In this document: positions 54,471-64,000 of the stretch, one piece after another
Layout of the letters: each line of letters starts with the position of its first letter
Position numbering within the stretch: the stretch's first letter is position 1
NCBI RefSeq assembly: GCF_009914755.1
Contig: NC_060932.1
Direction: 5' to 3' (one strand)
Length of the DNA: 64,000 bases
DNA from: the human T2T-CHM13v2.0 reference genome, Homo sapiens
Position numbers and translations under genes: made by a program
The notes under the pieces: generated by a model
What the model was told of the DNA's origin: nothing
Databases searched by the model: none
Seen by the model: the letters and a program-made list of their open reading frames with translations, nothing else

Positions 54471-57229
54471 TGAAAGACTTTGCTGCTGTGGTTTCCACAT
54501 TGCTATCATGCAACTCAGCCTGAGACAGCAGCCCTTCTCATGGGCTAATATTCCCTGGGAGTCTCCGAGAGCGGGATCTGAAGGAGCACCCTCCACCTCC
54601 TTTGGTGTTCCCCAGCGTACACTTAGAAAAAGTGTACTTTACATTAAAAATCAAAACCAAACCAAACCAACCAAAAGTCCTTCTGAACAACCAAATGGTT
54701 TCGATGCATTTCCCACCAAACATCTGAATACCAAGCAACGACAGCCAACCACACATGTCCAAGGGATCCAGGCACCACTTAAGAAACTGTCCTGAGTTTT
54801 CTGGCCAGGCAATGCCACAGATCCCCACACAGGCTACACCACAGGCTCAGGGCTCCTCAGAGCACTCCTGTCACTGTCCTCCTCTGCCCTTGGCCTTGGG
54901 CGAGATGCCCCGGGTCAGGCGGGCATCCTGGAGGAGACCTCCACCACCCCTGGCTGCCTCTCGGTGCCCGCATCATCAGAGTTGATGGAGGCATTCAGAA
55001 GGGCTTTGCAGGAGTTTACGGTGATCTCCCCTGAGCCTCTGCTATTTGATTTTTTTTCTTTTAATCTCTGATAGTCAGAAAGCAATTTATCTCAGAGCTT
55101 ATCAGGGGCCCTTATTTTTTGATGCCTTTGAAGACTGTCAGAAGGACACAGATGGTGGTAAAGGGTACTGGGCGGGGGTGGTGGGGGGAACTCTTAGGAC
55201 TCATTTACTTCTTTTTCAAAACCTCAGTTCCATACCAGAGATGAAAATTCAGACTGACACAGCAAACTTAAAAAGAGTGGTGGTTAAAAGAGCTCCCAGC
55301 AGAGATGGAGAGTCTGAGAGACCCATGCCTTAATGACGGTAGGAGAGCCCAGCTTTTGGAGTCTGTTTGCTCTGACGGAAATGGCCTTCAAAGCAATCAG
55401 GACCCTTTGAAAGAAGGGAGATGCTGCACGAAGCTGCAGCATGGCCTGGGGTGCAGGGTCAGCCCCAAGCCTGAGGCTCACAGCCCAGCTCTCTGCTCCG
55501 GGCAAACCTCATCTGGTCTATGCCTTAGCGGCAAGTGCTTTAAAAAACAAAGGTGGGGGTTTCTACTCAACCATTTCTCAGGAATAAAGGCCACAGTTAT
55601 GGCATGTGCTTTCCTCCATGGACTCACTCATTCATTCCTCAACTGCTACAGGGCCCCTGTTATGTGTCAGGCGCTGCAATGAGGAAGAGGTGTGAGACTC
55701 TCAGGCGCTCGAATGCTCATCAAGAAAGAGATGTGTCAACACGTGGAACCCAACCATCAGTGAGGATGTCTGCAGAAAGTGCAGCAAAGCACAGGAAAAG
55801 TGATGCTGAAATTGCAACTGATTTGAACAAGTTAGAAGAGAGCCAGAAACGTGCTCGATTTGGGATTTCAACTCAAGGGTTTTCCTTTCCACTGGAAATA
55901 GTTCTGTTTTGCCATGTGATGCCCTTTCAATTTAGAATCTCAGTTTTTGCTGAAATGAAGCTGTTCTATACACAACTTGCTCTGGTAGCCTGAGGTTTCC
56001 TGGACAGTGGATAAAACACCTAAATGGAGCAACACAGAAACAAACTTGTTTTGTGATCAAGTAAGAAAAGACCATTTTCTTATAGCTCTTGGGAAGGGAA
56101 AACATTATGTGCAATCATTTTAATTAAATAACATTTCCTCTACTTTAAAAGTACACATACTGACCGGGTGTACCCATTTATTTCCAGAAGAGGATTGAAA
56201 GTAGCTTCGTCTACCTTCTCAGTGCTTTGTTGGCAATATATTATTTTAGCTTATCTCCAGAAAGTACATGTAAGATTTCTTTTGAATATGTGTACCTTGA
56301 TAGCCAAAGAAAGACTATGCACTTCTCAATGACAAAGGTTAAGTATTCTAAACATTTGTTGAGAGACCATCAGACTCAATAGATGCACCACCGCCAATCA
56401 CTATTACTATTCCTCTTCTTCATTCTCCTCCTCCTACTAAAAAGGAGGATTAGAAGGATGAATTACTCTGGACAGGCCCCTCCCTATATGCCGTGTCCCT
56501 TACGAACATCATCTCGCTAAATTCCCATGGAGGTGGGTCCTGTTGTCTTCATTTCCAGGGGATTTGTTAGGTTACGGAGCCACACCACTTCTAAGTCCCA
56601 GAGTCAGAAAGTAACATCAAACTTACCAACTCCCAAGCTCAGACTGTAACTGCTACAAGACCCTTAGCATCAGGTATCTTTGAGGTTTTCTGAGAAGCAA
56701 CAAAGGCCAGAAATAAACGGAATAAACTGGCATATCATAAACATCTGCCAGATGCTGCACTTCCTGCTGCCTCACACTTTTGTGTCAGAAGGAACTTTAA
56801 ATAACAGATTCTCAGATCCCACCTCAAATTATGGTGGAGGCAGGAGCCCAGGAATGTCATTCATAACAATTATCCCCATGAGACTCTGACTGAGGAGGTC
56901 ATGAATTATGTGATTTAGGCCACTAAATATGTATTTAAGGAGACCCACAGGGGTCACCCATCTGACAGCAACACCCAGCACATTCATGCACACACACTGA
57001 CAGATAAACATTTAAACGCTGAAACAAAGGTCTCTGAAAATAATACTTACCCTTGGTAGAGATGAATAATGCTGACAAGTTCTATTTTATTTTATTCTGT
57101 TTCATTAATAAGATATCCTAGCTGTGAATCACTAAACTGATTTCACGACCTTCTAATGGATCTTTTTTTTTTGAGAGACAGAGAGAGAATGCTGACTTGG
57201 GTGTTCTGTACAGTACATATTTTCTAATG

Positions 57230-57375
57230 CAGTCCTCACAGCCCAAAGAGGCAGAGGAAAGTACTTTTTATCTCCGTTTTTATAGATGAGAAAACTGAGG
57301 CTCAAGGAGGCTAAGGATTTGCCCCAGATCACAGAGACAGATACGGGGCTGAACTCAGGCACATCAGAACCTAAA
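57230..57375 (-). mobile_element. MIR
   Basis: TTTTATAGATGAGAAAACTGAGGCTC core in reverse orientation. Confidence 0.75.
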
Positions 57376-58469
57376 GCCTCCTCTCATCCTACTAAAATCG
57401 TCTCAAGTGCCCCCTTTATAAAGTTTGCACAATGCTGTTAAAAGTGGATTTGCTCCAGAAATGTCACTGACTAACTCTCTTGACTAGGTCCCCATATTTC
57501 CTCAATGCCAAGACATCTCTGACTGTAAGTTGACATTATTTAGTTACTAATTGGAAGAAGGAGGTAGTGGGAAGAAACTTTGTTAAAGGTACACATTCTT
57601 TCCAATCATTAGGTTTATCCTTGGCTAATAAATGGCTCTAAGAGTCACAGAAACAGGCACTCAGCCAGATTATCCTACAGTCCTGATGCAACTGGAAAGA
57701 ACTTGGATATGGGCCCATTTGAAGGGCAGGTGGGAGAGATGGCTACTTTTAATCTCCTTTGTTTCTGCTCTTCATGGGAATCTGTGCTGAAAGCAGTAAA
57801 CACTGAAACTAATGCAGAAGGCCAGGCAGCCAGAATTATAATACCTGCTTCCATCTCCAGGGTCACAGGTAAGGAAACCAAGCCCCACGCTGGTGCAAGG
57901 TCTCGCCCCAGGTCCCATGCCTTTCCTGATCAGAACAGCACCATTCTCCTGACCTAGCTAGACCCTGCCATGATCACAGTCCTAAGATCAACCACATGGA
58001 CATCCATAAGGCACTTTCACATCACAAAGCACAATCACGCTATCCCACTGGAGCATTGCCACCATCCAGAGAAAGCAGGGAAGTATTTTTCACTCCACTT
58101 TCAGGTAAAGGGAAATAAAGACCAAGCAGTCTGCACAGTCCACAGACGTAGAGCCAGAACCCTGTCCTGTAACTTCAAATTCCCAGTTTTATCCATTTCA
58201 TGGCAGCAATAATGGTACAAGTGTCAAAACAGTGACAATGACACAGCTAAATACTGGTGGGTGGTGAATAAAATAATTTTTCTTAGATGCTTCAGAATTT
58301 TTCTTAGATGCTTCATAATTTTTGAAAACCCTTTAAGGAAAGGTTAATACTTAACCTCCTAGAATTAACCTCCATGCTTTCTTAGGTGATTTCACAAAGA
58401 ATTAGATTGAATCCTGTGGATTTAAAACACTCTGTAGTTGGGAGGTACTGTCTTGGTGAAATTACCACT

Positions 58470-58900
58470 AAAAAAATGCCATCAACTGATGAAATGCAGT
58501 GTATCCATGCAATGGAATATTATTCAGCTGTAAAAAGGAAACCATGGATGAATTAAGTGACAGAAATGAGTCACAAAAGACTGTATTGAATATACACATT
58601 TTATGATTTCTTTCATATGAAATGAAAGAAATTTCATATGAAAGAAAGAACAGGCAAATCCACAGATATAGAGAGTAGATTAGTGGCTGCCTAGGGCTCA
58701 GGGAGGGGAACGAGGGATGGCAGCTGATGGGTACCAGGTTCCTTTATGGGATGATGAAAAAGCTCTGAAATTAGCTGTGGTGATGATAATTGCACAACTC
58801 CGTGGATATACTAAAAAAAAAAAAAAATTTGATTTCACACTTTAATGAGCAAATTGTATGCTATGTAAAATATATCTTGATAAAGTAAAGCTGTTACCAA
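58470..58900 (+). mobile_element. L1MB/MC-type 3' end
   Basis: ATGGAATATTATTCAGCTGTAAAAAGGAA; AGTAGATTAGTGGCTGCCTAGGG; TATATCTTGATAAAG tail. Confidence 0.8.
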
Positions 58901-60589
58901 AAAAAATCCACGTTAACTGTCCTTGAAAATACGGAATTCTATTTAAAACACTTTGCAATAGCAACTTTATTATCAGATCAAAAGAGTCTTCATTAAGGGA
59001 AAGCAGATCTTTTTTTTTTTTGTACTGCGTCAACATTTTCTTGGTACCCTTGGCTTCATTACAAAAATAATTTGCAGGCTCAAAAGACAAATGTCTAAAC
59101 TAAAAATCCTGGAGCCTGTTTTCATAAATCATGCTATCTTACTATGTTGGCAATATGGTCCACCTGCTTCATGGAAAATGTTCAGTAATTCAATAACCTG
59201 GAGTAAATACAAATAGCTTCCCCTTGGTTTGTGCTGTTGACTCTGCTGGGAATTTCCTCCTCACTCTCTTTCCTGGCCCAAATCTACTCATAACCTCAGA
59301 ACCCCTTCCTCCAGACAGCCCTCAGAACCCTTCCTCCCAGGCCCTTTCCAGGAAAATTTTTTTTGGGCGGAGAGTACATTGTTGTATTGACGTCACTGTC
59401 CCTCTCACGTTGCCATTTTGCCATTACTGTTTATTGTTTAGCTCCCCCTTCACAAAACCAAGAGCACCCTGAAGGCAGGGACCAGATCCTACTTGAAAAT
59501 CTCAATGCCCGACACGTAGAGGAGGGGGCCTCCAGCCAGCGCTGGCTGGCTTTGGAAGCAGCGGCAACACATTCACCTTTAAAAGCGTTTCTGCTGGAAG
59601 AACTGCAAATATCAGTAAGGGAAAAGATTGAAGTTAAACTTACAACTTCTAAGAAAACGTGAGAGCTAATGAGAAGCAGGCTAGCATATCTCTTTTGTAA
59701 GGTCAACTGAGTCACACCCCCTTATTCAGCACACTGCTCTTCTCCTGCAGTTAGTTGCACAGAAATTTTATTATCGTAGCATAAAGCACAACTGCCACTT
59801 AACAGCACAGAAAGAATCAGCACAATCCCTGCCCTCACGGCACAACATCTGCCTCAACCACATTCCTTCAGATGACGGACAAGTGTCCAAGAGACCTACC
59901 AAGAACCATGTGGTTGCTGTTAATGACCAACTACAACAAAATGGGCAACCCCAGGCAGTGGTGAGAATGTGGGCTTGAATTCTGTCTCTGTCCCTTACCA
60001 ATGGCACAACCATGAGCAAGTTACCAAACGACTCTGTAATGCCAGGCCCCTAATCTGCCCAGTGGAGGAAATACTCCAACTCCTAGAAGTAATATGAGAA
60101 TTAAGACTGCACAAGGAGCTGACCCACAGGATAAAGACAGCAGCTGTTCCTTCCCTTTCCCCCAACATGTATTTCCCCAGATGCCATCCTACATGTTCAC
60201 ATTGAAGAGATAAGCCTCTCAGAAGGAAGATAACCATAGAAAGTTGAAAAGAGAAACCTCTTTAGATGCTGGTTTATTAAGAAGAATGAAGGCAGATGTG
60301 ACTGGGGCCAAAGATCTCAGTGCACATTCCTGACACTCCCCCACTGATCATGAGGCCCAAGGATGTGGCCAGGAGGCCGAGCATCAGCAGCTGGGGTAAG
60401 AAAATCACTGGGCTGAACCATGGGTCCCTCACAACAGGCAGGCAAGATTTGGGCATGGAAAAATACATACAGTCCCAGGTGGTAAAGCTCAATTACAACT
60501 TCCCTTTTCTTGTCATTTTTTCAGCCTATGTTTCAAAATCTCTAAATCCAGAGCAGCAAGTTCCAAAAGGAGAAGTAGAATCAATAATG

Positions 60590-60775
60590 ATAATAGTCCA
60601 TGACACACAGTGCTTGCTCCATGCCAGGCACTGTTCTAAGACATTTACATCTATTCTCTCACTTCATCCTCATCCAAGGATGGGTAAACTGAGGCAAATA
60701 GGTCACATGACTTTTCCCAAGGCTAAACACGTGGTAAATAGGGAGCCAGGGTGAAAACCCAGCAGTCTGCTTCCT
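60590..60775 (-). mobile_element. MIR
   Basis: ATGCCAGGCACTGTTCTAAG...AAACTGAGGC...CCCAAGG motifs. Confidence 0.7.
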
Positions 60776-61109
60776 AGTTTTTATTGCCATATTCAAAGGC
60801 TTCTCCCAAGAACTTGTTCTCATATTGGCTTCACTCCCTCCCGACTTCATATGAGTTTCCAGCAAAATCACTTTAATGAATTCTGCCACCTCACTTTTCC
60901 CGGCCATAATAGCGTACTGGAATCAGTATCTATGTAACAGCGGTTCCATGAAGAATTACAAACAACATGCCTTCACATGCTACTCAAAGAGAGAGAGACA
61001 GAAAGAAAAGGAAGGACAGAGAATGTGTAATGAGAAGTGCCAAATGACATGCGATAGCCGGTACACAGTCAATTACATGACAAGGACTGTGCCAAGTTCT
61101 TTAGAGTAC

Positions 61110-61245
61110 TGTACATATGTGTGTGTGTGTGCGCGCGCATGCATATAAGTGTATGTGTGTAGGTGTGTATAAGCACGTGTATAAATACATGTATATACAC
61201 ATCTGTATATGTGTGTATATGCATATGTGTGTGGATGTATATAAA
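61110..61245. repeat. Alternating purine-pyrimidine tract (TG)n(CG)n(TA/CA)n
   Basis: ATATGTGTGTGTGTGTGCGCGCGCATGCATATA followed by TATG/TGTA repeats. Confidence 0.85.
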
Positions 61246-62153
61246 ATAGATTTTTTAAAAATATGTATCTTATACAGAAGGCTATTTCATACAGGTCTCA
61301 GGGAAGACAAGTGACTTGCCCAAGGCCACAGGGCCTGTGAGAGTGTTGGAGACAGTGTTTGAATCCAGGTATCCAACCCCAAAGCCCATGCTCTGACCTA
61401 CTCACCACACCCAAACACCTGACTTTACCCTTAGTGACAAACTGTTATGATTTTTATGCCAGGAAACCATGGTAGCACATCAAATGTCTGAAGCTTCACT
61501 TTTTGCTGTCTGTAGCATAAAAAGGCATTCAATTAAAACAGAACCACACCTGGGGCCAGATGTGCTTCCTTTATAACTTGAAGAAGTCTCAAATCACTCT
61601 CAGGTGTCAGCCTCTTGAGTTAGATTAGAATTTGCAAAAATAAGCATTCATTCATTGTGTTACAAGATCCTCCACCAAAGACCTAAAGAAATTTACCTTT
61701 GTGAATATTAACAGCATATTGAATTAACATTTCACTTTTTTAAAATAAACGTGCTTCAAAGACATTCTCTCCCAGAGACTAAAATAAATAACACAAAACT
61801 GTGACAACAGTGGTCATCAACATCTACTATGCTCTTACTCTGAACCAAATACTGTTCTCATCACTGTACAGCATTATCTAATTCAACCTCTCAACCACGT
61901 TCAGTAGGAGCTATTACTGTTATCTCTGCTATTAATTATTCTTTAAAATGTCATTTGAGAAATTCTGACTTTACTTCTACTCTATAGATATCTCTTCTGT
62001 AGACTTTATCTGATGCTAAAAAAATTTGCACAGGAAACAATTTATTCCATCTAATCTCTTTTTTCAACGTATTAGAGACTCTTGCTGTGAAAGGAACCTG
62101 GGAAGCCTCTGCCACGTGCACAGCTGTGTAAGGAGAAGGATCTCTCTATGTTT

Positions 62154-62255
62154 TCAGGGCTGACCTGCAGCAGAGACACCTACATATAAGCATAAACTTG
62201 AGAAAGCAATGAGCACCCAGGGGAGACGGGGCTGCCGCTTGGGCTTGCTACTTAC
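62154..62255 (-). CDS. ZFAT: Intron read-through C-terminus of a truncated ZFAT isoform (TR-ZFAT-like): VSSKPKRQPRLPWVLIAFSSLCLYVGVSAAGQP*
   Basis: The frame stays open past the donor to TGA at 62156-62154. Minus-strand AATAAA at 62046-62041, with more near 60780 and 60275. A truncated ZFAT isoform ending in this intron is recalled from the literature. Confidence 0.65.
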   Translation of the reverse strand, partial: VSSKPKRQPRLPWVLIAFSSLCLYVGVSAAGQP

Positions 62256-62488
62256 CAGTGCTGTGTGAACTTTAAGATGTGCCTGTAGCTTATATTTATC
62301 TGGAGTTGAGTAGTCACAGCCATCGGTGGGACACTTCAGCAAGATGTTACTGTGTTTCTGAATTACGTGGCGTTTAAGGCAGTTTTTGGTGATGGAAGAA
62401 TAATGACACTGAGAGCAATAATACAGATGTTCCCGGGTGTGGGTGCGGACATGCATATCAAAATGCACTTGGTACCAAAAAAGTTTGC
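62256..62488 (-). CDS. ZFAT: ZFAT coding exon (approx. exon 7), 233 nt; completes one finger and adds two (CSQC..HVIQKH, CPTDGC..HLKVH)
   Basis: Acceptor TTTTTTTAG|GC (AG 62490-62489). Donor CTG|GTAAGT (GT 62255-62254). Phase 1 to phase 0, consistent with neighbours. Confidence 0.96.
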
Positions 62489-63296
62489 CTAAAAAAATAT
62501 TTTCACATGAGAACAAGGAAGTTTCATTTTGACTGATTTTGAATTTTTTAAATTATTATTATTTTTTATCTACAATATCTATCTCCCTCTTGCGCTTGTC
62601 CGGGTCACCCTTCATACTTTTCACCACATTTCTGTCTGAAAATTACTCTTCAAAGGTGGGAGGTTGCAAATATTAAGGGTGCTACTATTTTTTGCATGAT
62701 GTTAGGGCCCAGAGAGGAGGAAGCCAGTGTTTACTGAGAACCAGTTATGGCTCCAAATACCATGATGCACATGCATAAATCTACAAATCTCTAAGTTCTA
62801 CCGGCCCTCCTGGGACAGCAGGTCTGGAGCTGGATTTTCTATATCCTGACCACCAGCTCCCCAGGAGTTCCAGGAGCCATGCTTTCATTGTGAGTTGCAG
62901 GGTGCTATTTGGGACCTCCCTACAGAGAGCTGCAGCCACTTTCATAACCTCTCTTGGCTGATATAGTAGTTGGCCACAATTTAAAGCTCAACTTTAAACT
63001 TGTCATGTGCCAGAAGAAAGATTCTTCTTGGTTAGAGTTCTGGTAGAGGTCATGGGTAACCCTCAGCACACACACCTGACCAGGCCAACACAGTCAACTG
63101 TGCAGCCATCCCGGCCACCTCCACAAGACTCCAAGCGCTAACGGCCACACAGGGTCACCGTTCCTATCTACAATGGAGGAGGATGGCTCACTTAGAAGGT
63201 ATTCTTTGCAAACAGACATGAGCTCAAATCAAATGCGAGGTGACCACAGCATGATGGTTGTGGACAGGGCCACGCACCGGCGCTGCCTTTCCTTAC

Positions 63297-64000
63297 CACA
63301 GTATTCACACTCCAGGTCTCCATAAACCTTCCGGATCCGCTCACACAAGCTGGTGTTCATTTGCTTCTTCTGTAAACTGTTCAGGACCTTCATGAAAGCG
63401 GTGATGCCTGACCGGTGCTCAGGGGCAGCTTTGCAAGAGTCAGGCTGATGTGTGATGGTGTCCCCACCACCAGCTACTGGAGGGAGGAGGTCTGAGGCCT
63501 CAGCTGGGTTTGACCTGAGACACCTGCTGGGATCTGGGTCACCAGCTGAAAGCACAGCCATGTTCTGCCCTTCCCCTAGGGGGCTCTGGGCGCCATGGCT
63601 TTCCTGATCTGACCCAGCACTCTGGGCCTTGGACAGCAGTAGTGTGATCACTTCACCTTGCGTCTGGACTGAGCTTCTGTGCTGCATGTCTGGGGGCTTC
63701 TCAGGAGCAGCATGAGCCTCTGCGGAGGAGGTATCATTTTTCAACAAAAAATCATCTGAAACCACCTCTTGAGAATGCAGGTCTGAGGAGGAGACCACGG
63801 TGGTTTCCAGCTCACAGGGTGGCAGGGCTGTGCTTTCGGCCTGCGGGGAGGCCAGGTGCACAGCTGGGGCAGGCATTTCCCCAGGGGCCTCCGGCTCCTT
63901 CCGGCCCTCCTCCAGCTGAGTGTCCCCAGGACAGGCCTCTTCCTTGAGTGCATTCACGCCCTGGAGGGCAAACTCCTCTTCCACCAGCTGTAGCTGGTCC
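63297..64000 (-). CDS. ZFAT: ZFAT large coding exon (approx. exon 6), 3' part: acidic/Pro/Ser-rich linker plus start of a C2H2 finger (CEYC)
   Basis: Open frame from the window edge (DQLQLVEEEFALQG...KVYGDLECEYC G). Donor TGTG|GTAAGG with GT at 63296-63295, phase 1. The ORF-track 'start' at 63984 is an internal GTG codon. Confidence 0.96.

Larger units (their letters stand above)
59900..62510 (+). ncRNA. ZFAT-AS1: Probable ZFAT-AS1 (SAS-ZFAT) antisense lncRNA; boundaries approximate
   Basis: A known antisense RNA lies in this part of ZFAT (recall). Candidate plus-strand donor GGG|GTAAGA (GT 60396-60397) and acceptor TCTCTCTATGTTTTCAG|G (AG 62156-62157) would give a last exon antisense to exon 62256-62488. 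The ends cannot be determined from sequence. Confidence 0.45.

Noticed and set aside
57045-57075. Strong minus-strand donor AGG|GTAAGT
   Set aside because: No convincing upstream acceptor with a pyrimidine tract at exon distance.
63229-63296. Read-through of the exon-6 donor (KERQRRCVALSTTIMLWSPRI*)
   Set aside because: It breaks a zinc finger mid-motif and I saw no nearby poly(A) signal; most likely an ORF-caller extension.

Overview
This window is mammalian genomic DNA. The primate-type Alu, THE1 and MADE1 repeats and the protein sequence point to human. It lies inside the C2H2 zinc-finger gene ZFAT (8q24), transcribed on the minus strand. Six coding segments join through canonical GT-AG sites into one open frame: 63297-64000 (exon runs off the window), 62256-62488, 52088-52175, 50066-50215, 45650-45823 and 27154-27242. 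They encode a long low-complexity linker followed by 8 C2H2 fingers. Positions 1-27153 are one large intron whose next exon is outside the window. The rest is intronic repeat landscape: Alu, L1, L2, MIR, MaLR/ERVL LTRs, MADE1, hAT elements, two minisatellites and several microsatellites. Nearly all other ORFs in the track are spurious. I found no new multi-gene system. The best leads are RNA-level: (1) a 17-nt frameshifting microexon candidate with consensus splice sites; (2) an intron read-through C-terminus that looks like a tail anchor, whose stop codon overlaps a plus-strand splice acceptor probably used by ZFAT-AS1; (3) an ~88-bp minisatellite arraying UGCAUG motifs and acceptor-like sites on the pre-mRNA; (4) a MADE1 element carrying an inverted copy of its own flank. 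Exon numbers, repeat subfamilies and ZFAT-AS1 limits come from recall, not from a search.
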